Shown here: positions 1 through 8,750 of the stretch, piece after piece
Layout: each line of letters begins with the position of its first letter
Position numbering within the stretch: position 1 is the first letter of the stretch
Assembly: GCA_023248155.1 (NCBI GenBank)
Contig: JAHFFE010000003.1
Location: 148,159-212,158, forward strand
DNA length: 64,000 nucleotides
Reading direction: 5' to 3'
From: Candidatus Omnitrophota bacterium
Lineage (GTDB): Bacteria > Omnitrophota > Gorgyraeia > 1-14-0-20-64-10
Program-made: the position numbers and the translations under genes
The notes under the pieces: model-generated
Database searches by the model: none
Seen by the model: only the letters and a program-made list of their open reading frames with translations
What the model was told of the DNA's origin: nothing

Positions 1-570
1 CCGCCCGCCGTGCGCGAAGAAGCCGCCGGCTATCTGCATTCCATTGGAATTCCATCGGGCCGGCCTTTTTTTGCGCTGGTGCCGGGCGGAGGAGCCAGCT
101 GGGGACCCAATTCCATTTACAAACAGTGGCCGCCGGAACGGTTCGCCGAATTGGCCGGAAAATTGATGGACCGCGATTCCGCGGAATGCGTGATCATCGG
201 AGATAAAACGGAACAGCCGCTTTGCCAGGCGGTGGCCGCACAGATCAAGAGGCCGGTTTCGATCGCCGCGCCGGTTCCTTCGTTGAAAATTCTCGCGGGG
301 CTTTTGGCGCAGGCAGAACAAGTAATCGGCAACGACAGTGGTCCAATGCATCTGGCCACGGCCGTCGGCACGCGCACAGTTTCTATTTTTGGACCGGTGG
401 ACGCTGCCGTTTACGGACCGGCTGTTGCCGATAAAAATCATCGCGTCGTAACGCGCGGCATCACATGCCAGCCTTGCTATCATCATTTTCGTTTTCCGCC
501 GTGCCCCTGGGATAACGCCTGCTTGAAAGCGCTATCGGTAGAATCAGTACTGCAGGCCGCTGAAAAATGA
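1..570 (+). CDS. Glycosyltransferase family 9 (ADP-heptose:LPS heptosyltransferase-like), 5'-truncated by window edge
   Basis: Motifs KQWPPERF, GNDSGPMHLA.AVG, SIFGP, C.PC....C; frame is open from position 1. Confidence 0.9.
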   Translation, partial: PPAVREEAAGYLHSIGIPSGRPFFALVPGGGASWGPNSIYKQWPPERFAELAGKLMDRDSAECVIIGDKTEQPLCQAVAAQIKRPVSIAAPVPSLKILAGLLAQAEQVIGNDSGPMHLATAVGTRTVSIFGPVDAAVYGPAVADKNHRVVTRGITCQPCYHHFRFPPCPWDNACLKALSVESVLQAAEK

Positions 571-2117
571 ATCGCTCAATTTTAATCACGCTGATTTTAG
601 CGGCAGCCGCCTTGTTGCTGCTTACGGGATTGGGCAACGGACGGCTCTGGCAGGACGAGGCAGAGACCGCCGTGCTGGGCCGCAACACGCTGCAGTTTGG
701 TTATCCGAAAGTATCCGACGGCGTCAACCGAATCAACCCCTGGGTGCAAAGCACGACGCAAAAAGAAGCCTGGTCGTACCATACCTGGTTGTCGTTTTAT
801 TTGACGGCCGCTTCGTTCGCATGCTTCGGAGCGGGGACGGGGTCGGCGCGCCTGCCGTTTGCGCTGCTTGGATGGCTGACGATCTGGCTGTTCTACCGCT
901 GGGTGGACCGCTGGCATAAAGACCGTTCGCTGGCGATTCTCTGCGCGGCACTATTGACCGCTTCGGTGCCGTTTCTGCTGCACATGCGGCAATGCCGCTA
1001 TTATGCGCCGACGGTCTTCTTTTCCGTCTGGACCGCCTGGGCCTATATGCGGTTCCTGCATCAAAAACGGTGGGCCGGATTGGAATTGTTTTTTTCGCTG
1101 TTGCTGTTATTTCATTCGAATCACGGTGTTTTTATTCCTTCAGTGCTGGTGCTGGCCCTGCATGGTTCTTTCGAACCGCAGATCCGCCGGCGATGGAAAT
1201 CGGTGGCCGGAATCGCCGCTGTTTTATCTGTTTTTACCATTCCATTTTTCTTTTTGCTCAAAGCAGGCCAGCACCACGCCGGATTTACGGCGCTCGATTA
1301 TTGGCATCACGCGCAATTTTATTTCAGACAGATCAATAAATATCTGCTGCCGGTTACAATCTGGATTCCGCTGGCTTTTTTCTTTTTCAAACCAACCGGG
1401 GAGCCGCCCCTCAAACCCGGGCCGGACCGCTCCGCAATCCGATTCGCGGCGCTGACGATCGGCATCAATCTTCTTTTCCTGATGCTGGTCCCCACCCAAC
1501 GGCATTTCCGGTATTTGGTCCATTTGATTCCATGGATATTGCTGTTTCACGCGCTGCTGCTGCGCGCGCTCTACCGGCGCCGCCGGATCGCCGCATGCCT
1601 GGCGGTATTTCTGTTGATTGGAACCAACTGGCATTACGCGATTCCATCCCGGATTCTGGCGCGGTTTCCGCAGATCACCCACGGCCCGTCGAGCACGGAA
1701 CCGCTGCGGATATGGGCGTTTGATTATCTTGGAGAATTGACGCACGCTTATCGCGGCCCGGTCGACGGCATCGTGGAATATTTCAACAGGGAAGCCAAAC
1801 CCGGCCAAACGGTAAAAATTCCTTATGAAGACAATTCTCTTATTTTTTACACACGCATGAAAGTGGAGAAATTGTACAGCGTCGACGAATTTGTCAACGA
1901 AACCTATCCGGACTGGATCGTCCTTCGACGAGACTGGATCATTCCGGCATTTTTTTCGACCGCTTATTTCAGCCGGGTTGAATCCGGTTACGAAAAAATC
2001 ACGCTGGATGCGCCCGATATTCCGTTTCAGAACCGGCCGGACCCCGGTTTCCACCGGTTTCGTACCGACCGGCAGGCGCCGCCCGTTATTCTCTATCGGA
2101 AGAAACCGCCGGCATGA
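567..2117 (+). CDS. ArnT/PMT-like (GT-C fold) membrane glycosyltransferase
   Basis: LWQDEAETA acidic pair after TM1, SARLPF, RQCRYYA, many TM helices, soluble C-terminal domain. Confidence 0.75.
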   Translation: MNRSILITLILAAAALLLLTGLGNGRLWQDEAETAVLGRNTLQFGYPKVSDGVNRINPWVQSTTQKEAWSYHTWLSFYLTAASFACFGAGTGSARLPFALLGWLTIWLFYRWVDRWHKDRSLAILCAALLTASVPFLLHMRQCRYYAPTVFFSVWTAWAYMRFLHQKRWAGLELFFSLLLLFHSNHGVFIPSVLVLALHGSFEPQIRRRWKSVAGIAAVLSVFTIPFFFLLKAGQHHAGFTALDYWHHAQFYFRQINKYLLPVTIWIPLAFFFFKPTGEPPLKPGPDRSAIRFAALTIGINLLFLMLVPTQRHFRYLVHLIPWILLFHALLLRALYRRRRIAACLAVFLLIGTNWHYAIPSRILARFPQITHGPSSTEPLRIWAFDYLGELTHAYRGPVDGIVEYFNREAKPGQTVKIPYEDNSLIFYTRMKVEKLYSVDEFVNETYPDWIVLRRDWIIPAFFSTAYFSRVESGYEKITLDAPDIPFQNRPDPGFHRFRTDRQAPPVILYRKKPPA

Positions 2118-2842
2118 CGACGATTTCATTATCCATTATCATTCCGGCTTATAATGAAGGTCCGCGCATCGTTAAAACGCTTGAAACGGTATCCGGTTAT
2201 TTATCCAGACAACCGTACAGCTGGGAAATCGTCGTGGTCAACGACGGAAGCAACGATGACACGGCGGACCGGCTGCGGGGAATGCTTCCAAAGATACCGC
2301 AGCTGTTCTGGAGCAACCATCAGAAAAATTACGGCAAAGGCGCGGCGGTCCGCACCGGCCTGCACCAGGCGCGCGGAGAACGGATATTGATTTACGACGC
2401 CGACGGCGCTACGCCGATTGAAGAGATCGAGAAATGTTTCGAGCCGCTCAAAAACGGCGCGCAAATTGTTTCGGGATCACGGCGGATGGCCGGAGCCGCC
2501 GTCGAGATCGATCAGAGACGGATCCGCCGTATCCTGGGCGCCGGCTACCGGCGGCTCTGCCGTTTTTTCGTGACGCCCGGCATCTCCGATATTACCTGCG
2601 GGTTCAAAATGGTGACGCAGAATGCGCGTGACATCCTGGTGCCTCGCATGCGCGTGCGCGGCTGGTCCTTCGACGCCGAAATCTTCGTGATCGCGCGGCA
2701 GCACCGGTTGACCATTATTGAAATTCCGGTCCGATGGGCCGATCAGCACAAAACCAAGGTGCGGCTGGGACGGGATTTGTTGGCGTCGTTTTTTGAACTG
2801 ATCGGCATTTTATTGCGTAAAATAGTAGGCACTTATCGGTAG
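2114..2842 (+). CDS. GT2 polyprenyl/dolichyl-phosphate glycosyltransferase
   Basis: IIPAYNE, VNDGSNDDT, NYGKGAAVRTG, DADGAT, DITCGFK, WSFDAE. Confidence 0.9.
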   Translation: MTTISLSIIIPAYNEGPRIVKTLETVSGYLSRQPYSWEIVVVNDGSNDDTADRLRGMLPKIPQLFWSNHQKNYGKGAAVRTGLHQARGERILIYDADGATPIEEIEKCFEPLKNGAQIVSGSRRMAGAAVEIDQRRIRRILGAGYRRLCRFFVTPGISDITCGFKMVTQNARDILVPRMRVRGWSFDAEIFVIARQHRLTIIEIPVRWADQHKTKVRLGRDLLASFFELIGILLRKIVGTYR

Positions 2843-2851
2843 GAGAATTGA

Positions 2852-3697
2852 ATGAAAATTGGCGCCGTATTTTGCATCTACAATGAACCGGAATATATCG
2901 ACTATGCCGTGAGATCGGTTCTGCCCGCGGTCGAAAAGGTATTCATCGTGCTGGGCAAAGCGCCCTATACCGCCTACAATCCGAAAGCGCGCGATCTCTC
3001 GAAAGCCGATACGCAGACCGAACCGATCGTCGACCGCCTCGCCGGGGAATACCCGGATAAAATCCAGGTCACCAAAGGAATTTGGGACAATGAACTCGAC
3101 GAGCGGAACACCGGTTTAAAAATGTGCCTGGATGCCGGAATGGACTATTTTTGGCTGGTCGACGGCGATGAAGTTTACCGGGCCGATCATATCGAGAACA
3201 TCAAGCGCGGCATCGCGGAACATCCGAACCACGGCACCTTCATCGTCAAATGCGATACCTTCTGGAGAAGCTTTAACTACCGGATTCCGGCGCAGGAAAA
3301 TTCGTGGCGCCCGCGCCGCATTTTCAAGCTGACGAAATGGCGCACGCTGCTGGGCATCCCGATTTTTCCGCATCAGCTGCGTTTCAAAGGGATCAATGAC
3401 ATTACCAGCCTCGGACCCATTTACGAATTTCCGCCGGAACAGGCGATCTTTTATCATTTTTCGTACGCGCGGTCTTCGAAAGCGATGGATGAAAAATTCG
3501 TAACCTTCAGCCACGCGCACCAAATCCTGCCCGACTGGGTAGAGAAAGTCTGGAAACCGTGGCCCAATAACCGTGAAATGGAAAACATTCATCCGGTCGA
3601 TCCGCCTAAATTTCCGAAAGCGCATTTTGTCCGGCCGGATGATTTTCCGGAGATCCTCAAAAAACATCCTTACTATGGCCTCGACCTCATCCCGTAA
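2852..3697 (+). CDS. GT2-like glycosyltransferase
   Basis: CIYNE, ERN, VDGDE (DxD-like), HFSY; SD AGGAG upstream. Confidence 0.7.
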   Translation: MKIGAVFCIYNEPEYIDYAVRSVLPAVEKVFIVLGKAPYTAYNPKARDLSKADTQTEPIVDRLAGEYPDKIQVTKGIWDNELDERNTGLKMCLDAGMDYFWLVDGDEVYRADHIENIKRGIAEHPNHGTFIVKCDTFWRSFNYRIPAQENSWRPRRIFKLTKWRTLLGIPIFPHQLRFKGINDITSLGPIYEFPPEQAIFYHFSYARSSKAMDEKFVTFSHAHQILPDWVEKVWKPWPNNREMENIHPVDPPKFPKAHFVRPDDFPEILKKHPYYGLDLIP

Positions 3698-4823
3698 CGG
3701 TCCCGAGCAGGGGCCGCTGTGTGACATCGTCATTCCGATCTGGAACCAGCCGGAACGGACGGGCCGCTGCCTTGAGAGCATCCTGGCCGAAACCACTGAA
3801 CCGGTGCGGTTAATTTTAATCGACAACGGCAGCGAAGCGCCGACGCGCGAACTGCTCGACCGGTTCCAGGTCACCAGACGGTGCGCCGAGGCGCCTGGTG
3901 GCGTCATTTCCGCTAACGCCAGCCGGTATCCGGTCCAGATTATCCGCAACAAAGAAAATCTCGGATTTATTCGTGGAGTAAACCAGGGGATCCGCGCCTC
4001 GAACGCTCCCTGGATCTGTTTGCTGAACAACGACACGATCGTCAGCCCCGGCTGGCTGACCGAATTATTGCGCGTCGGCCAGGGAAATCCTTCCATTGGC
4101 CTGATCAATCCGACCAGCAATTCGCTCGGTTACAACGCCGGATCCAACTCACCGGCGGAAGTCGCGCGATTATTAAAATCGGAGTCGGGCCGCTGGACCG
4201 AGTTAACCACGGCACTCGGCTTCTGCCTTTTTTCCCGCAGAGCGCTCTATGACCAGGTGGGCCTGCTCGATGAATCGTTCGGCATGGGCTATTTCGATGA
4301 CGATGATCTCTCTCGCCGCGTTCGAAAAGCCGGCCTGCTCTGCGTACGCGCCTGCGCGGCCTATGTTTACCACGAAGAACAGGTCAGCTTTAAAGAGCTG
4401 CCGGGCTGGAAAAAAACATTCGAAGAAAACCGCTCTAAATTTCATGAACGGTGGGGCCGCCCGCTGCGGATTCTTTGGGCGATGCCGTCGGCCAATCCGC
4501 GCTCAATGGAAATCGCCGCGCGGCGCGCCCAGGAAGGGCACTGGATCACTTTTATTACGCCGGCGCCGATCCCGGACGCGCAATGGCCGTCGCAAGCACA
4601 GTTGAACCGACTGGAGCTACCGGCTGCCGGCTGGAAACGACAGACCCTTTTGAAATTAATTATCCGACGAAAAAAACCGTTTGATCTGCTGGTCAGCGAA
4701 GAACCGTCGGTCAGCCGTTGGGCCGGCCGGCTGGGGTGGCTGCACCATGCGCGCATTCTTAACAAACCTGATGAAAAGGATCTCATTGAACAATGCCGGA
4801 AATTGTCCCTCTCTCCGTCCTAG
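3675..4823 (+). CDS. GT2 glycosyltransferase with C-terminal extension
   Basis: DIVIPIWN, IDNGS, NLGFIRGVNQG, LLNNDT, GLLDESFGMGYFDDDD; start placed at ATG 3675 (in frame with ORF 3573). Confidence 0.85.
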   Translation: MASTSSRNGPEQGPLCDIVIPIWNQPERTGRCLESILAETTEPVRLILIDNGSEAPTRELLDRFQVTRRCAEAPGGVISANASRYPVQIIRNKENLGFIRGVNQGIRASNAPWICLLNNDTIVSPGWLTELLRVGQGNPSIGLINPTSNSLGYNAGSNSPAEVARLLKSESGRWTELTTALGFCLFSRRALYDQVGLLDESFGMGYFDDDDLSRRVRKAGLLCVRACAAYVYHEEQVSFKELPGWKKTFEENRSKFHERWGRPLRILWAMPSANPRSMEIAARRAQEGHWITFITPAPIPDAQWPSQAQLNRLELPAAGWKRQTLLKLIIRRKKPFDLLVSEEPSVSRWAGRLGWLHHARILNKPDEKDLIEQCRKLSLSPS

Positions 4824-6379
4824 TCATTACCAAGAACGAGGAAAAACGGCTTCCCGAATGCCTCGATTCGGTCCGGTGGGCCGGCGAACTGATCGTGCTT
4901 GACGACGAATCGACCGACGGCACGCTCGATGTCGCGCGCGCTTACGGCGCTAAAATCCTTCAGCGAAAAATGGATGTCGAGGGCCGCCACCGCAACTATG
5001 GCTACGCACAGGCCAAATACGAATGGGTCTTGAGCATCGATGCCGATGAGCGCGTAACGCCGGAGCTGCGCGACGAGATTATCGCCTTGCTGAAAACCAA
5101 TCCCGCGCTAAACGGCTACACAATGCCGCGAAAAAATTTTATGGGCAAGCGCTGGATCAAAAAAGGGGGCTGGTATCCCAGTCCCCAGCTGAAACTGTTC
5201 CGCCGCGATCATTTCAAGTACGAGGAAAGCGAGGTCCATCCGCGCGCATTCCTCGATACGGCCTGCGGAAATCTCAAAGGGGATTTGCTCCATTACTCCT
5301 ACCGGGACCTGTACGATTTCATCGGCAAGCAAAACAAACAAACCACACTGGAAGTGCGCAAGTGGGTGAAGGATGGACGAAAAATGCCTCTGTCCAAAGC
5401 GCTCTGGCGCACCTTCGACCGCTACTACCGCAGTTATGCGGCAAAAAAAGGAAGCGAAGACGGAACTCTCGGCTACATCCTGGCAGCGATGGGAGGGATG
5501 TACCAATTTGTCAGCTACACCAAATATTGGGCCATCAAGAAAGTGCCCGCCGCACAGCCGGGTGCCGAGAAAAAAATCGCCTATCCGCCGGCAGAAAAAT
5601 CAACGCATCGCCGAAAAAAAATTTCGGCCGTTATCTTAACGAAAAATGCCGCAAAAAAACTCGAAACCTGTCTTAATTCCTTGCGATGGGCGGATGAAAT
5701 TGTGCTGGTCGACGGCGGCTCCACCGACGAAACCGTCGCGTTGGCAACGGCCGCCGGCGCTGTTGTCGTTACCGACATGACGGCCGACAATTTCGGGGCA
5801 CTGCGCAACCGCGGAACCGATGCGGACAGCGGCGACTGGGTTCTTCAGCTCGACGCCGACGAACGAATCACGCCGGCTTTTTACAATGACCTGGAAAAAT
5901 TGCTGGCGCAGGATACGTCCCGGCATGCCGCTTATAAATTCCGGCGGGAAAATATTTTTCTGGGCAAAAAAATGCGGTTCGGCGGATGGACGCATGATTC
6001 GCTGCACCTGTTCCGGAAGGGAATGGCGCGTTACGAAGGACGCGTGCATGAAAAACTGATCGTCAGCGGCACCGTCGGCCGCATGAAAACCGGCGTCGAA
6101 CATGCTCCGTTTGATTCGATTGAAGAGTTCCTCGACCGGCAAAACCGCTACTCGACGCTGGAAGCGCGCCAGTGGCTTTCGGAGCGCGGCGGACATATTC
6201 CCGAAGACGAGGTGCTGCGCCAGATCCAAAAAAGGCCGTGGCGACTGTTCATTAAAATTTACTTTCGTAAAAAGGGATTTCTTGACGGCACCCACGGATT
6301 TTTATTCTCCGGATTATTTGCCTATCTGCATTTAATTAAATGGGCCAAGGTCTGGGAGATTCAAAATGCCCAAGAGTAA
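4793..6379 (+). CDS. Tandem double GT2 (beta-1,4-glucosyltransferase WaaE/LgtF-like) protein
   Basis: Two homologous domains: ITKNE..DDESTDGT..IDADE..VH and LTKNA..DGGSTDET..LDADE..VHE. Confidence 0.85.
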   Translation: MPEIVPLSVLVITKNEEKRLPECLDSVRWAGELIVLDDESTDGTLDVARAYGAKILQRKMDVEGRHRNYGYAQAKYEWVLSIDADERVTPELRDEIIALLKTNPALNGYTMPRKNFMGKRWIKKGGWYPSPQLKLFRRDHFKYEESEVHPRAFLDTACGNLKGDLLHYSYRDLYDFIGKQNKQTTLEVRKWVKDGRKMPLSKALWRTFDRYYRSYAAKKGSEDGTLGYILAAMGGMYQFVSYTKYWAIKKVPAAQPGAEKKIAYPPAEKSTHRRKKISAVILTKNAAKKLETCLNSLRWADEIVLVDGGSTDETVALATAAGAVVVTDMTADNFGALRNRGTDADSGDWVLQLDADERITPAFYNDLEKLLAQDTSRHAAYKFRRENIFLGKKMRFGGWTHDSLHLFRKGMARYEGRVHEKLIVSGTVGRMKTGVEHAPFDSIEEFLDRQNRYSTLEARQWLSERGGHIPEDEVLRQIQKRPWRLFIKIYFRKKGFLDGTHGFLFSGLFAYLHLIKWAKVWEIQNAQE

Positions 6380-6929
6380 CGGGGCCATCTTTCTGGACCG
6401 CGACGGCGTCATCAACCATCCGCCGTCGGAGGAGCGCCGCTACATTCGCAACTGGAAAGAGTTCCGGTTTATTCCCGGAACGCTAAGAGCGCTCAAAAAA
6501 CTTCACCAGGCCAAGAAACAGGTGATTGTCGTTTCGAACCAGGCCGGCGTCGGCAAAAAAATCATGACGCAGCAACAACTGAATGATCTGACGCTTCAGA
6601 TGCGCAAAGCCGTTGAAAAAACAGGCGGAAAACTGCATGCCGTTTATTACTGCACGCATCCGCCCAGTGCCGGATGCCGCTGCCGCAAGCCGTATACCGG
6701 CATGCTTAAAAAAGCGCGCCGCAAATTCGGGATTGATTTGGCACGCTCGATTGTAGTCGGAGACAGCCCAACCGATATCCTGATGGGACAACTGGCCGGC
6801 TGCGCAACCGTGATGGTATTGTCCGGAAAAACCAACCGCCGCGTCGCTTCGCACATGGCGCATCCGGCGCATTATTTGGCCAAAAACCTCGATCAGGCCG
6901 TACAATGGATTCTGGAAAATCACCGATGA
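6366..6929 (+). CDS. gmhB: D-glycero-D-manno-heptose 1,7-bisphosphate phosphatase
   Basis: HAD motif FLDRDGVIN, SNQAG, C.H....C.CRKP, GDS.TD. Confidence 0.9.
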   Translation: MPKSNGAIFLDRDGVINHPPSEERRYIRNWKEFRFIPGTLRALKKLHQAKKQVIVVSNQAGVGKKIMTQQQLNDLTLQMRKAVEKTGGKLHAVYYCTHPPSAGCRCRKPYTGMLKKARRKFGIDLARSIVVGDSPTDILMGQLAGCATVMVLSGKTNRRVASHMAHPAHYLAKNLDQAVQWILENHR

Positions 6930-8038
6930 AAAAAATTCTTGTCCTGTACGTGCCGGCCGGAGCCGGCCACCAGAAAGCGGCCGAGGCCGTTGCCATTGCG
7001 CTGTCACAGCATAAATCCGAGTGCACCGTTACGCTGATGGACGCTCTTGACCGGATGCCGCCCCATTTCAGCTGGTCGTTCAAGGGCGGCTACCTCGGCA
7101 TGATCCAGAATTTTCCATGGGTTTGGGGTCTGGCTTATTATGGAACAGACATCCGGTTCCTTTCGCGGCTCTCGCAGGCAATCCACCGTCTCGTCAACAG
7201 CCTGCAGGGGAAGTGGCTGGAAGCAATCATCCTCGAGCAGAAGCCGGATGTCATCATTAGTACCCATTTTTTTCCGGCCGATGTCGCTGCGCACATGAAA
7301 AAGAATCTGAATCTGCGCGCCGTAACGGTTGTTACCGATTATCTGCCGCACTCCATCTGGATTGCAAAAAATACAGACCTTTATTGCGCCGGCTCGGAAA
7401 CTACGCGGAAGGATCTCATGGAGCGCGGGGTGCCGGACGAAAAAATCATCATTACCGGAATTCCTGTCGATCCGAAATTTGCAATAGTTCTCAACCGGAC
7501 CGCCACAGCCAAAACGCTTGGAATTTCCCCGGAGAAATTCACGCTGTTAATCTGCTCTGGCGGATTCGGCACCGGTCCTGTCAAATCACTGGCGGAAAGC
7601 CTGCGTGAAATTCCGGAACGAATGCAGGTCTTAATCGTGGCCGGTAAGAACCCTGCACTGCGCGGTGAACTGGAAGCGTTGAAACCATCGATCCCGCACG
7701 ACCTGACGGTCTACGGATTTGTCGATAACATTGATCAATTGATGAGCGTCTCCGATCTGTTGATCACCAAACCGGGCGGGTTAAGCTGCAGTGAGGCGCT
7801 GGCAAAACAACTGCCGATGATTCTTGTCTTTCCGATCCCGGGGCAGGAAGAGCACAACGCCCAGGTTTTAGAAAAGGCGGGAACAGCCCTCCGTATGAAT
7901 CAGGTGGGCGAACTACCCGTATTGATCCGCCGCATCCGCACGGAACCGGCGTTCCGGCAGCAATTGATTGAAAACGGTAAAACAGTGCGCCGTCCCGGTG
8001 CCGCAGAACAGATCGCGCAGCTGGCTTTGTCATCATGA
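6926..8038 (+). CDS. MGDG synthase / UgtP-like diacylglycerol glycosyltransferase (GT28)
   Basis: GAGHQKAA, STH, TDY..H..W, TGIPV, ITKPGGLS.SEA, PIPGQE; ATG 6926 overlaps gmhB stop (ATGA). Confidence 0.85.
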   Translation: MKKILVLYVPAGAGHQKAAEAVAIALSQHKSECTVTLMDALDRMPPHFSWSFKGGYLGMIQNFPWVWGLAYYGTDIRFLSRLSQAIHRLVNSLQGKWLEAIILEQKPDVIISTHFFPADVAAHMKKNLNLRAVTVVTDYLPHSIWIAKNTDLYCAGSETTRKDLMERGVPDEKIIITGIPVDPKFAIVLNRTATAKTLGISPEKFTLLICSGGFGTGPVKSLAESLREIPERMQVLIVAGKNPALRGELEALKPSIPHDLTVYGFVDNIDQLMSVSDLLITKPGGLSCSEALAKQLPMILVFPIPGQEEHNAQVLEKAGTALRMNQVGELPVLIRRIRTEPAFRQQLIENGKTVRRPGAAEQIAQLALSS

Positions 8039-8745
8039 ACGATCGCTCAGAACTTAACGCGATCATCCGGGAAACGCAAAAAATCCTGAAATCGTATCCG
8101 GTCTTTGGGACCCACGAACTTCCGGTACTACCTACGCGCACGAAGGAGAAACCCATGAAATCCGTAACCGCCGCATCCAAAGAACAAATATTGGCGCCGG
8201 TCCGCGAAAAAGCGCTCGTCTGCCAGGACTGCCGCCTCTGTAAAACACGCAACAGCGTCGTATTCGGCGAAGGGTCGCTGGATGCAGAGCTTGTTTTCGT
8301 CGGAGAAGGACCCGGCCGCGATGAAGACAAGCAGGGCCGCCCGTTTGTGGGTGCCGCCGGCAACCTGCTTAACAAAATGATTACTGCCATGCAAATGACG
8401 CGCGAAGAAGTTTACATCTGCAATGTCGTCAAATGCCGGCCTCCGCAGAACCGGCCGCCGGAACCGGATGAAGTGGCCGCCTGCGGCGGATACCTTGAAT
8501 CTCAATTATTAACGATCCGTCCCAAAATCGTCTGCGCGCTCGGAAAAACCGCCGCTTCGGCGTTACTGCAAACCGAAGCGCCGATGTCCGCGCTGCGCGG
8601 AAAAACATTCGACTGGAAAGGCCTTACGATGGTGGTGACTTATCATCCGGCCTATCTGCTGCGCAACCCCTCGGCAAAAAAAGAAGTTTGGATCGATATG
8701 CTTCGCGTGCTTGAAATGCTCGGCCGTCCGGTCCCCGCCGTCTAA
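8035..8745 (+). CDS. Uracil-DNA glycosylase family 4 (Fe-S type)
   Basis: C..C.L, VFGEG, GEGPG..ED..GRPFVG.AG, NVVKCRPP.NR.P, TYHPAYLLRNP. Confidence 0.93.
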   Translation: MNDRSELNAIIRETQKILKSYPVFGTHELPVLPTRTKEKPMKSVTAASKEQILAPVREKALVCQDCRLCKTRNSVVFGEGSLDAELVFVGEGPGRDEDKQGRPFVGAAGNLLNKMITAMQMTREEVYICNVVKCRPPQNRPPEPDEVAACGGYLESQLLTIRPKIVCALGKTAASALLQTEAPMSALRGKTFDWKGLTMVVTYHPAYLLRNPSAKKEVWIDMLRVLEMLGRPVPAV

Positions 8746-8750
8746 AAACC

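Noticed and set aside
1224-4120. Long antisense ORFs (1224-2129, 3116-4120; likewise 23115-23876, 26866-27672)
   Set aside because: Shadows of well-supported + strand genes in GC-rich DNA; no protein motifs
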